In this document: piece by piece, positions 20,385-30,106 of the stretch | Numbering within the stretch: the first letter of the stretch is position 1 | Layout of the letters: every line of letters starts with the position of its first letter | DNA from: Candidatus Eiseniibacteriota bacterium | GTDB lineage: Bacteria > Eisenbacteria > RBG-16-71-46 > CAIMUX01 > VGJL01 | Assembly (NCBI GenBank): GCA_963792585.1 | Contig: CAWBWI010000003.1 | Span: 672,001 to 736,000 of the forward strand | Reading direction: 5' to 3' | DNA: 64,000 nt | Program-made: the position numbers and the translations under genes | The notes under the pieces: generated by a model | The model's database searches: none | What the model saw: only the letters and a program-made list of their open reading frames with translations | Told to the model about the DNA's origin: nothing

Positions 20385-20912
20385 TCAGCCAGGAAACTCC
20401 TGGGTGACCCGGTCCATCAACCCACGGAATCCGGCACCGACCTTGTTCGGGTCGGCCTCCCCTGTGAACGCTGCCATTTCGTGTACGAGCGCAGCCGTCA
20501 TCTCCTCTACCGGCCAGGTCTTCCTGTCCATCTCCAGGTCCAATCGATCCGTAGTCGTGTGGGCGACCTGCTTGTTGGCCTGGTTGTACCAAGGTTGGAA
20601 ATTCTCGGGTCGGTCCCGGGGTTTGATCCCGTAGTGCATGGAAGCGACATCGGTGTCCTTGATCTTCTCCCCGAGTGGGGGATAGAGAAACCAGATCAGT
20701 GCCCGGGCGTGGATTGCGAAGGACTCCACCGTGGCGTTTCGCAAGGAGCCGCTGGCTACCGCACGGAACACCATGTGAGGCGATTGGCTCGTCGCCACGC
20801 CGCATTTGAGGATTTCGTGGGCCCCGAGGAGTTGAGTGAGCTCATACGCCAATGCTTGGTCGCTGTAGTTTCGGAAGTCTTCATCCGTCCAGAGCGTCCT
20901 ATCAGATCCCAC
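20385..20912 (-). CDS. Hypothetical protein, possibly HEPN-like
   Basis: Helical 175-aa ORF with SD, containing ESFAIHAR and ANKQVAH motifs. Confidence 0.55.
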   Translation of the reverse strand: MGSDRTLWTDEDFRNYSDQALAYELTQLLGAHEILKCGVATSQSPHMVFRAVASGSLRNATVESFAIHARALIWFLYPPLGEKIKDTDVASMHYGIKPRDRPENFQPWYNQANKQVAHTTTDRLDLEMDRKTWPVEEMTAALVHEMAAFTGEADPNKVGAGFRGLMDRVTQEFPG

Positions 20913-20921
20913 GCAGGCCTC

Positions 20922-21992
20922 TCATTCGAAGCGGACGAAGTCCGCGATCCTAACGAGCGTTTCTCTTATCTGTTGGACCGAGACCTGAATACTCCCATTC
21001 AGACTTGGCCAGTCGATGAGCGAAAGGTGGAGCCGAAGCGCAGGAAGGCGCAGGACCATCGGCCAGGTTGCGGCCGGCAGCCGCACGCCCGGATTCGGAT
21101 GCTCGAAGACGACCGTGTAGCGGGGAAACGATAGCACGACTGCGGCCCACGCCGTCGTTTGGGCAAACATCCCTGGGAATTTCATGCTGCGAACATCCTG
21201 ACGGAGTCCGGGTCCAATGGCGTGGTGTTCGAAGATTGGCGTGTCGGGCAATCCATAGAAGGCGTGCCACAGACCGATCGAGCAGAACCCATCGTCGCTG
21301 ATCATCACGGGCAGTACCGACTCGGGGAAGAACCCGGTACAGTCCTCATCTTGCAGATCGATCCACAGGACATTTGCCCGGTTCGTCTGGGCCTGGTGCG
21401 CCCTCGGTTTGATACTCGCGAACTTGCTGGCCACATTCTCCCCGAGGGTTTCAGGGTCCTTGGGCCTGCCCGCTGGGTGCACGACGTGTTCACGCACGAC
21501 TGTGCCGCAATTCGACCAGCTCCGGCCCTGTCCTCCATGGAGAAAGCCCGCGAGGCGCTTCGACTCCTCCGCGTTCATCTGCTTCGTGTGCACCTCGACG
21601 AAGATAGTGCTGCCGCCGAACCCAATCTGGAAGTCGGGCGCCGGCGCAGTCCCCTCCGGCAACGGCAGGCAGCTGGCACCAGCCTCGATGAGCGCCCCTG
21701 CGGCGCGGATCTCGCCGAGGGCAGAGGCGGAACGTTCGAAGTTGCTTCCGGCCGCATCTGTGATTCGCCGGTGGAGCCATGTGGCAAACCTCGTGTCGGT
21801 AGCGGATGGAATCAGGCGGATCGCCCGATCAGTATTGAAGAGCACGGCTGCCGCGGGGCCTTCAAGATCGCTTGCGGCGTCAAGTAGGAGGCGCAGGGGA
21901 TGACTCTTGTGCGTGCGTCCCGTTGCGAGCACGGATTCCATCTGAGTATCCGTGATCTCAACGGCGAGATGTCCGCATCTGCAGGTGAGCAT
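20922..21992 (-). CDS. Hypothetical protein with a PD-(D/E)xK-like nuclease motif
   Basis: GEIRAAGAL...APDFQI...IFVEVHTK. SD GGAGG before ATG 21992. Confidence 0.6.
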   Translation of the reverse strand: MLTCRCGHLAVEITDTQMESVLATGRTHKSHPLRLLLDAASDLEGPAAAVLFNTDRAIRLIPSATDTRFATWLHRRITDAAGSNFERSASALGEIRAAGALIEAGASCLPLPEGTAPAPDFQIGFGGSTIFVEVHTKQMNAEESKRLAGFLHGGQGRSWSNCGTVVREHVVHPAGRPKDPETLGENVASKFASIKPRAHQAQTNRANVLWIDLQDEDCTGFFPESVLPVMISDDGFCSIGLWHAFYGLPDTPIFEHHAIGPGLRQDVRSMKFPGMFAQTTAWAAVVLSFPRYTVVFEHPNPGVRLPAATWPMVLRLPALRLHLSLIDWPSLNGSIQVSVQQIRETLVRIADFVRFE

Positions 21993-22313
21993 TGCCTCCC
22001 GTGTCTCCCGCGTAGCCTCGGATGTGCCTGCCAAGCCAACCTCCGTTCTTGGAGGGAGGGTACCAGCTCTCCGACCGTCCGGCGATATCTCCGCTCTACA
22101 GCGTCGAGGTGCGGGTGGAGTAATCTCGCCTTCGATGGTGGTCCCCAGTGCGAGAAAGACCGGCTGTGGTCTTGACATGGCGATTCGTCCGGGGCTTCGG
22201 GTGGTTCGCGCTGGAGCAGTTACAACGAGGCAGAAATGGACAGGGCCGGAGCTTTGAGGGCGCGGGGTGTCTTCCGATTCGGAAGGCAGGCGCTAAGCGA
22301 CGTCAGTGAGAAG

Positions 22314-23333
22314 CTAGTTCTCCTTGGCGGTGGGAGGCCACTCCTCAGGCGGTATCCATGTAATCGCATACCTCAGGCCAACTAATGGAAAGGGAACCTG
22401 AAGAACGGCGTGCCACAAGCCATCAGGTCCACGACCGTCCGTCAGATAGCCGTGGGAGAGAATTCGTTGCTTCTCTCTTGCGTGCGGAAGTTTCGCATCC
22501 CCACACCAAACATCGAAATCTATCTTCCGGGGGACGAAATGTTCCGGGAATAACACCTCGAGTCGAACTGAGTCCATTGGATATTGACTCGCGACGGAAG
22601 TGTACTCTTCCGCCTCCTTGAGAGCGGCCAGACTCATCGCGTAAGTACCATTGGGCAATGTCACTTCGAATGGTTCGATACTGGCCTTCGTTCCCTGGTC
22701 TATCTTTGGTTCGAAGAAGAGCTGGTAGATCCCGACGCGTCCGAGAATCAGACGGAGGCGCTCGACCGTCACGCTTCTACCTGGAGAATGGAGGGTCTTT
22801 GGGACGATGATCTTGTCGCCAGCGTTCGGATCATCATTTGTGTAGAGGGAAATCCTGTGTTCCAGGCGCTGGACGGCCTGGTTGACTGCGGCGACTGTCA
22901 TCGACTGACGCATGGTGGCTCCGCCACCGTCGGTCATGAGGATTGACTTATGAAGTTGGTCCTTGGTTACTCCGATTGCCTCACGGGCGACAAGATATGC
23001 GAGTTCTGGGTCGGCCGAGTGCGAGATGAGCATGGACCTAATGCTGACCGCGGTAATCCCTGAGAGTTTTTGATAGCAGCGCGTTTGCCGGACATGCATG
23101 ATCCAGAGGAGAATGATGCTGAAGCCGAGCAGCAGCGACGGAGCGGCCACAGCCAAGGGTAAGAGCTTCCCTTCGAGAACGGCGACGAGAACTCCGCCGA
23201 CAAGACCCACAATTGAAGCGATCCCACCGAGGAGACTAATTCGGCGAAAGCCACCAGAACTGAGGAGCGGCCGATCGATCTCGAAGTAACGTAGAGTGTG
23301 CTCAGCTAATGGATGATCTCTCTCATCCGGCAT
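22314..23333 (-). CDS. Hypothetical protein: two N-terminal TM helices plus a beta-rich domain
   Basis: Two hydrophobic helices, then a beta-sandwich-like domain ending PLVGLRYAITW. SD GGAGG. Confidence 0.65.
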   Translation of the reverse strand: MPDERDHPLAEHTLRYFEIDRPLLSSGGFRRISLLGGIASIVGLVGGVLVAVLEGKLLPLAVAAPSLLLGFSIILLWIMHVRQTRCYQKLSGITAVSIRSMLISHSADPELAYLVAREAIGVTKDQLHKSILMTDGGGATMRQSMTVAAVNQAVQRLEHRISLYTNDDPNAGDKIIVPKTLHSPGRSVTVERLRLILGRVGIYQLFFEPKIDQGTKASIEPFEVTLPNGTYAMSLAALKEAEEYTSVASQYPMDSVRLEVLFPEHFVPRKIDFDVWCGDAKLPHAREKQRILSHGYLTDGRGPDGLWHAVLQVPFPLVGLRYAITWIPPEEWPPTAKEN

Positions 23334-24606
23334 GCTGCCTCCAGGGAATCCAGCGCAATGCAAATCGCCCGGCACCGAGAAGGTGCCGGGCGGTTGCTAC
23401 TGCGTTTCGTCGCTGTCTTGAACAAATGTCATGAGTTGGTCCTCCGACTTACTTACCAGCATTTCTGGCTTTCGACCCCGGAGTGGCACCGGCCCTTACC
23501 AAGTCGGTACCCCCTTCAGCCAGAAGGTAATCTTATGCCGTTCCCCCGTCGTTCGTCAACATGGTTTTCTTACCCGAGTTCGCTAAACGGGTTCCGATCG
23601 ACGCCCGATAAGAACAGACGGGCCGAAACCCGTCAAGAGGAAACCACCCCCGCCATCGCGCCGAATCGACCATCCGTGACCGACTGCCACGCCGAGGAAC
23701 CACCAGCATCGTAACCCCGCTCGGACCTCAGGGCCTTATACCATCAAGAGTTACGCCATCGAGGACATTGCCATTCTGCCCGATCCGAGGGGCCATCTCG
23801 TGTTCCCCAGGATAGCCGTCTACCCATTCAAAGACACCTGACAATCGGCATTACCGAGCGGGAACTTTAGGAGAGTCTCTTCTCCAGTCGGAGTCCGGTT
23901 GTTCGTGAGCAAGGCTGTGAGCCACCCAGCGGGGGTAGTTATTGAACCGAAACTGGGAGGCATCAGCCTGCGCGGGAGACGAGTCGCCGAGCTGGACATC
24001 AGGTGTGACGACGCATGCTGTCCGTGTGCCGCGTGTTTGTTCCACTCCGACCTCACTTCACCGGGGGAGACGTAGCCACGCCATTTCTCTTTGCCGACCA
24101 CGCCTCTTTCGGCCTCGCATTGGGCATGCAAGCTTCGTGAAGGCTGGTGGAGCACGCATCTGGTCAAGAGGCCCAGGACGGTTGCACCTGTTCTCCTGCG
24201 CCGAGACCCCTGAGACCCATGAGGTGGACGCTCTGAAGTGGGTCCCTGAAGGTCTTGGCCCCTTGGTCTGATTCGTCTAGTGGCGGGGTTGCAGGCAGAA
24301 GCCACTTGTCCGACCGCCTGGTCTTGCAATGAAACAGACCTGGCCGAACCTGTTGGAGGTGCCAGGGCCGCAGTGGGCGGGTTTCTTCCAGAAGCAGCGG
24401 GCAGGGCGTCCATTCTGGAACGAGCTGCTATCTGACTCTGCAGGGCGGATAGGCCGCATGCCGAATCGGCGGTGATCACTCGAGAAATGACGGTGGTAAT
24501 GCAACGACTCCCAAGAAGTCAGAACGTGCAGGCCCGGCTGGTGCCGATCCGAGGGGCCCTTCTGCTCAGTGATTGCCGGGGCCTTTCCACCTGCTAAACT
24601 TCGCAC

Positions 24607-26643
24607 ATGCGGTTTTCCACCCGTGGCATCCCGCCCCTAGTTCTCCTGCTCACGGGAGTTGCTGTTGCCTTTCCCTTGTCCACGAAGGGCATCCTCCTCT
24701 ACCTAGACAACCCGGTTCATCTAGCGGAGGTTTGGGGGCTCGCGCGCGAAGGGGGCCAAGGTTGGTCGACGCAGGCCTTCTGTGGTTTTCCCCTTGGGTT
24801 GCTTCACTCCCCCCTTTGGTATGGTCTTCTAGCCGGGCTCATGCGCATGGGACTGCATCCAGAAGCACCATACGCGGCGATCCTTTGGTTCGCCTTCGTC
24901 GCCCCGGCGCTTTCACTCCTCCACGTCGTGCGGCGGTTCATCCGTCCACTGCCGGCGCTTCTACTCTCGTACCTTATCTTGGTTCAGCAGCCCAGCATCG
25001 TGGGGCACGAGTCGGCCTGGGGCGGAATGTGGACGTGGTACATCGGTATGGCCTGTTTGATTCTTCTGGCCGACCAACTGTCCCAGCCGCGCCGTGATCT
25101 CCGCGCGTTTGTCCACCTGGCCGCCATCATCGCCCTCATCGGTCTGACGCATGTGTTTGCGCTCTTAGTTGCCGTGCTCCTCCTTGCGGTCCACTTCTTC
25201 ATACACCTAGCCTCCCGTCCGATTCCGATCCGGAGGATACTGCTTGAATTGGGGGCCAGCCTACTCGCCGCACTGGCCTCCGCCGCATACTGGGTCCCGC
25301 TCCTTCTTTCCCGCGATGCCCTCGTACTCGATCAGCTTCACTTGCCAGCCGCAAAGCTCATCCTCCGTTTGCTTCTTCCGACTGATCTCATGCTCCTCTA
25401 CCTCAACCGGCCCGCGGTACGAAGCGAGCTCTTCATGACCGACGCGATCCCCATGGTGGTCATCCTTGGGGCGGGGCTCATCGGTGGGGCACTGCTCATC
25501 CGTGGAAGGCGGGAGAGACTACCTGTTCTTGGGTTCCTACTTGCTGCCCTCGTTCTGCTATTGACTCTCTTCCATCCGGGGCGCCTGATGGGATTGTTCA
25601 GCTGGCGACTTCTATACGCCGTTCGTGTCGGGCTTGCGCTCGCATCCATCCCACTCCTCGTTTGGATCGATCGATCGCGACTAATCTCCGCGCTCTCAAT
25701 CAATCGCCCGATTCTCGTGTTTCTCGGATCCGTAGGCATCCTTCTTGGGTTCTGGTGGGGGCACCCCCTCCGTCTCGCGCTGCCGGATCCCGATGGCAAT
25801 GAGGTTCAGGAAGTCGACTCGCTTTGGGAGTGGCTGCGCGCAAATCGTGACCCGGCCTGGGGTCGCCTGTACGTCCAGGACACGTTCATGACCCCACCAC
25901 TGGGTGAGTTGGCGCAATCGCACATCCTTGCTCGAACGCAAGAGCAGACCGAGTTGTACCAGCTCGGCGCATGGTATGGCGTCGTGCCGTTTTCGACGTC
26001 TCGCTGGACTCGAGGCGAGTTCGGCGCCTTCTTTGATATCTCAGAACGCGCAATGGAAAGCCAGGATGGACGAAACATCCTCCTTGAGCGCGCTTCCTTG
26101 GCCAACGTGGGTGTAGCAGTTGTCTCTTCGCCGACCTTGGCGGATCGGCTTGGCCCCGCGTTCATTCGGATCCACCGGGTCGGCCGATACACAGTCTACC
26201 GGATTGTTGGGATGTCAAATCGCTGGGTCGAGCCGATTACGCCGGGCCTCGACGCCACTGTGGTTTCCTATCGACCTGGCTGGATCGATGTGAAGGTCAG
26301 AGCGACTCAGGCGAATAGTCGCCTCGGCATCTGCGAATCCTGGCATCCCTTCTGGAAGCTCCACGGAAATCCTGAGATCCGGATTGCCAGAAGCGGCCAG
26401 GGCCTCCTTCGGCTGGATGGCATCCCCCTCGGCACCTCGTCGATCCAGATGGAGTGGCTGCAACCCAAATACCCGCTCGTTTGCTCCCTGATTGGATGGC
26501 TTGGCATCGCGGGCTCCTTCGTCGCTATCACTTGGAAGAGGCGTCGAAGGCCTCCGGCTCTGTCCGGGTACTGGGCCAAGCCCGCGGCGGGCGCCGCCAC
26601 CGAATCGGACCCAACTGAGATGGAATCGCAGGGCCGTCTCTGA
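24607..26643 (+). CDS. Polytopic membrane protein, YfhO / PTPS-related (GT-C-like) family
   Basis: DNPVH...WSTQAFCGFPL...PL first loop, more than 10 TM helices, C-terminal ESWHPFWK YfhO-like motif and a last TM helix. Confidence 0.7.
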   Translation: MRFSTRGIPPLVLLLTGVAVAFPLSTKGILLYLDNPVHLAEVWGLAREGGQGWSTQAFCGFPLGLLHSPLWYGLLAGLMRMGLHPEAPYAAILWFAFVAPALSLLHVVRRFIRPLPALLLSYLILVQQPSIVGHESAWGGMWTWYIGMACLILLADQLSQPRRDLRAFVHLAAIIALIGLTHVFALLVAVLLLAVHFFIHLASRPIPIRRILLELGASLLAALASAAYWVPLLLSRDALVLDQLHLPAAKLILRLLLPTDLMLLYLNRPAVRSELFMTDAIPMVVILGAGLIGGALLIRGRRERLPVLGFLLAALVLLLTLFHPGRLMGLFSWRLLYAVRVGLALASIPLLVWIDRSRLISALSINRPILVFLGSVGILLGFWWGHPLRLALPDPDGNEVQEVDSLWEWLRANRDPAWGRLYVQDTFMTPPLGELAQSHILARTQEQTELYQLGAWYGVVPFSTSRWTRGEFGAFFDISERAMESQDGRNILLERASLANVGVAVVSSPTLADRLGPAFIRIHRVGRYTVYRIVGMSNRWVEPITPGLDATVVSYRPGWIDVKVRATQANSRLGICESWHPFWKLHGNPEIRIARSGQGLLRLDGIPLGTSSIQMEWLQPKYPLVCSLIGWLGIAGSFVAITWKRRRRPPALSGYWAKPAAGAATESDPTEMESQGRL

Positions 26644-26799
26644 CCTATCGAAGGTCGCGGACGCATCGAACACTCGGTTTGCTACATCGCCAATGTGTGA
26701 AGGGACATCACCGATTCGGAACGGGCTGCGTAACCAAGGGGGCGAGCGCGGGCGAAAAGGTTGCCTGCTCCCAGTCACCCGCGCTTGGTCTTCAGGAGT

Positions 26800-27162
26800 C
26801 TACGGGCAGGTAATCGGGCCGATCTCAATGGAGTCGCTGGACTGCTCGCCGTTGCACGTGCAGAACATGGTTACGCGGTAGTAGTAGCCACTTCCGCAGC
26901 CGGCGAAAGGACCGCAATCGACGTAGGGTGAAGATCCGTACGGCGACCCGATGAGAAGCCAGGTGCCGCCGGGGCCGCACTTGCGCTCAATGTTGAACCA
27001 CAGCAGACTGCACCCGTCGAGATTCGAAGTCCAGGACACGTTCACGCAGTTTCCATTGCAGGCCAGCTGCCCATTGGAGATGTCGCAGGCGCCGGCAAGC
27101 GAGCCGAAGGCGCTGAGGAGAAGCGCAACTGCAATCATCCCGAAGAACGTTCTGATTCGCAT
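26800..27162 (-). CDS. Secreted Cys-rich FN3-like mini-protein 1 (ends GPITCP)
   Basis: Signal peptide, 10 Cys in the mature part, W..FNIERKC...W...Y.D...YYRV pattern. SD AGGA. Confidence 0.85.
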   Translation of the reverse strand: MRIRTFFGMIAVALLLSAFGSLAGACDISNGQLACNGNCVNVSWTSNLDGCSLLWFNIERKCGPGGTWLLIGSPYGSSPYVDCGPFAGCGSGYYYRVTMFCTCNGEQSSDSIEIGPITCP

Positions 27163-28229
27163 GGTAAGTCTCTTCCTTTCCAGATAGTAGGTTTGACCGA
27201 TGACTTGTCACCAGGATTCCGAGTAACCCATGCGGAGGGCCGCGGCAGGGCCGGGCACCAAGCTGATCAAGGTCCTTTCCTGTCCGGTCACGTGACCTCT
27301 CGACGGACCAGCCGGCCACCGCGGATTGGCAGGAGCTACTGCGCGTCCGACCGGTTTCAGGTGTGGCCCGGAATCCGGCCCCGTACCGACTTCCCAGCAT
27401 GAATCCCGGAGAGCACGAATAAGGTGCAGTTGCTACCTCGGGTGCTGCAAAAGCAGACACTTGCGGATCACCAAGGGCCGGTGCGCGTGGAACCGCAACT
27501 ACCTCATCCATGCCAGAGGGGGCAGAGCTTGGCGTGACGGAGGTTACGAATAAGAACTCCTCGCGGGCCGGCACCACAATCCCGTCCTTTCAGTATTCAT
27601 GGCCGCGGAAAGCTCCGGTACTTGCCATCACATGTGCGACCATGGCCGCAGAACGCATTCGCGCACCCCAGGACGCTCGTGCATGAAGCATGCCGCTGGG
27701 GAGTGGGGCTGCGATCCGTCTCGCAACGTGGCCCGGTTCGTGCGATTCAATCTGCAAACGACCCGATCGTGGGGCAAGTCCTCGTTCGTCATGTCGCCCT
27801 TTGTTGCTTGTCATTGAAAACCCATGTTGACATTCCGAGGTGTCCAAGTCTTCCGCGGCCCCGATTGCGTCATCGTAACCATCAGCGGCAATGGTGGCGC
27901 TCTCCTTCCATGTGATCATCCAAGACCCATGATCGGAGCACTGGGGACGCGCACCGTAATTGTGCAAACGATCGTGCTACCGCACAAATGCGAGGCCATT
28001 TCAGCCACCGAACGAATTCACATAATGTGTAGGCAATCGATCGGGAAACCGATCGTTAGCAATTCCAGAGCGTGGATGACAGTGCCGGCCATGCCATAAA
28101 GTATCCTGCGGCTTGAGCCAGATTCCAGATGAGCTTGGAACGTAGACTTAATGCCACGAATACGCTTGATGTGCGACGAACAGCCGGATTATAGACGCGA
28201 ATGTGACGAGTCGGTCGTGAGCTGGGCCC

Positions 28230-28245
28230 TGGCACAGTCCGTGCT
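28230..28245 (+). promoter_or_regulatory. Sigma-54-type -24/-12 promoter
   Basis: TGGCACAGTCCGTGCT (GG-N10-GC), 130 bp upstream of mini-protein 2. Confidence 0.55.
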
Positions 28246-28374
28246 CGGTTCTCGAACGGGTCACGTGAAGCGTGTCCCGCTCGCGAGCCGGACGGTGTGG
28301 TGCGTCTTCCAAGGACGCGCACTCCAGGAAGGACCGCCCAGGCCGCGAGGGTCTCCGAAACGGAGGAATCCGAC

Positions 28375-28734
28375 ATGCGTGCTGGCATCTTCCTTCTCAC
28401 GCTCCTTCTTCTCGGATCCTGTTTCCTTGTGTCGGCCCGCGCCGATGACGGCTGCGGCCACGTCTATGACGGCCGCTACTCCTGTAGTGACGCGGCGATC
28501 AACATCAGCTGGTCTGCCGTCATCGAGCAGGGCTGTACGCCCACCTTCACGATCCAGCGGAAATGCGGCACTTCGGGGACGTACACGACGATTGAGACCG
28601 ATTGGGATGGACTGAGCTACACGGACAAGCCGAACACGGGCTGCCTCTTCGGCTGGTACTACAAGATCACGATCCACTGCTCGGACTGCCCGGGCGGGGA
28701 TTCCATCGTCATTGGTCCCATAACCTGTCCGTAG
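28375..28734 (+). CDS. Secreted Cys-rich FN3-like mini-protein 2 (ends GPITCP)
   Basis: SD GGAGG, signal peptide ending ARA, 8 mature Cys, paralogous to 26800-27162. Confidence 0.87.
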   Translation: MRAGIFLLTLLLLGSCFLVSARADDGCGHVYDGRYSCSDAAINISWSAVIEQGCTPTFTIQRKCGTSGTYTTIETDWDGLSYTDKPNTGCLFGWYYKITIHCSDCPGGDSIVIGPITCP

Positions 28735-28931
28735 TTGGAACGGCATGAGGCGGAGGCGAGCGAAGCCGCCTGGTCGGGGGCGCTGCAGGCCGGGGAATGG
28801 TGCCACACCCTTGCTGTCGTGTGTACCCGCGTCCGGGTGTCCACGGAGTTCCGGTTCGACCCCGGTCGGACCGTCGCTCATGGCATCCCGCCGCCGAGCG
28901 AAGGCTGCCTGTCTCCTTCAAGTGCCACGCG

Positions 28932-29111
28932 ACTCGGGCCGCGCATCCACTTGGGCCGCTCGAAGGAAGGGAGGAACGATTCTTCGTCTCCGGCCGAACC
29001 GAGACGGTCGGATTCTCGACCCCCTTCGCGGAGGAGGTTCCAAGCTTCTGGCATCGGGGAGACGCAGCTTCCCGATGCGCCGAGCGCCTGGGTGGATGGC
29101 GGTCCGTGAGT
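28932..29111 (+). ncRNA. Putative structured RNA or leader element (long closing stem with G-U pairs, internal hairpins)
   Basis: 28932-28962 pairs with 29081-29111 using several G-U wobbles. Internal hairpins include CGTCTC/GAGACG and GCATCGGG/CCCGATGC. Confidence 0.4.
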
Positions 29112-29151
29112 GTGCGAATGGTCGAAGGTCAAATTGCCAAGGAGGATTCCC

Positions 29152-29520
29152 ATGAAGCGGTTCACTCTGGGTGTTGTGGTTGCTTCCATTCTGTTGGCCG
29201 GCGGCGCACTTGTGGGGTCCGCCCAGGCCATGGAGTGCAAGCTGGTGCCGATCGAACCGGCGATCACCTGCGACGGATCTTGTCATGTCGTCGTCTGGTC
29301 CTACACGTGCAACTGCGGCACGCCGACGTTTAACATCGAACGCAGCTGCTGCGGGGATCGGTGGGCGACCATCGCGACGAACGTCACCGGCTCGAGCTAC
29401 AACGACTGTTCGTCGAACTGTGGAACAACGCGGTACCGGATCACCATGAATTGCCCCCCTACCTGCACGTGTACCGGTTCCCTCACCTACACGACAGCCG
29501 ACTGTAAGACGTGCCCATAA
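29152..29520 (+). CDS. Secreted Cys-rich FN3-like mini-protein 3 (ends CKTCP)
   Basis: SD AGGAGG, signal peptide ending AQA, 14 mature Cys, TPTFNIERSC...WATI...YND...YRIT. Confidence 0.87.
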   Translation: MKRFTLGVVVASILLAGGALVGSAQAMECKLVPIEPAITCDGSCHVVVWSYTCNCGTPTFNIERSCCGDRWATIATNVTGSSYNDCSSNCGTTRYRITMNCPPTCTCTGSLTYTTADCKTCP

Positions 29521-29679
29521 CAAGCTGAACGAGCGCTCAAGGCGAAATCCCTGAGTGCGATCGTAAGGGGATGCGAACGGCCGGGGAGTCCGGCGATCCT
29601 GACTCTCCGGCTACACCGAGGCGGTCCGGGCGCTCCGTCCAGAACGGGCCGGTTCCCGGACCTGAAAGGAGAGTCCATC

Positions 29680-30048
29680 GTGATACGCAAGTTGGTCGCG
29701 AGTCTTGTCGTTGCGGGCCTCTTCGCAATTCTCCCGAACATCGTTCTCGGGGAGACCTGCACGTTCAACGGAACGCTCCACGGTTCCTGTTACACGCACC
29801 AGGGACAGACCTGCTTCATCTTTCACTTCGTTATCCAGGCATCGGAGGATTGCGAACCATGGACGGTCGATGCCTACCGCGTTCCGGTCACAGGCTCGCA
29901 CTGGACGCTCGTGGGGCAGGATATCCACAATGATTGGTTTGACTGCCCTAACTGGTCCGAGGGTCCGTTCGACTACAAACTCGTCCTGACCTGCAAGGGC
30001 TGTGGGAAGACGGAAGCGGCGTATCTGCAGGGAATTGACTGCCCGTAG
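29680..30048 (+). CDS. Secreted Cys-rich FN3-like mini-protein 4 (ends GIDCP)
   Basis: SD AAGGAG before the GTG, signal peptide, 8 mature Cys, YR...WTLVG...FDC...DYKL. Confidence 0.85.
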   Translation: MIRKLVASLVVAGLFAILPNIVLGETCTFNGTLHGSCYTHQGQTCFIFHFVIQASEDCEPWTVDAYRVPVTGSHWTLVGQDIHNDWFDCPNWSEGPFDYKLVLTCKGCGKTEAAYLQGIDCP

Positions 30049-30106
30049 AGAGCGCCGATTCCTGAGCGTCACGGCCGACGGGCAGTCGGCCGTGGGGAGG
30101 AATGCA

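Noticed and set aside
17436..23333. Integron (integrase plus cassette-like orphan genes)
   Set aside because: The recombinase is only 205 aa and lacks the integron-specific insertion; I found no RYYYAAC...GTTRRRY attC pattern between the genes.
23400..24600. 1.2-kb gap, including a TTCGACCCCGG...GCACC stretch resembling a tRNA 3' end
   Set aside because: No cloverleaf or CCA end can be built, and the ORFs here look like non-coding translations.
28032..28095. GGCAA-CGATCGG-GAAA-CCGATCG-..GCAA..TGCC, superficially like a c-di-GMP-I riboswitch
   Set aside because: The GAAA-tetraloop hairpin (28038-28055) is real, but the GACGCAAA junction and a convincing second stem are missing, and it lies upstream of the putative promoter. 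An Rfam scan would be needed.
26800..30048. Classical RiPP precursors (sactipeptide/ranthipeptide) for the rSAM enzyme
   Set aside because: Sec-type signal peptides, a folded FN3-like pattern and even Cys counts favour disulfide-bonded proteins; kept only as a secondary hypothesis.
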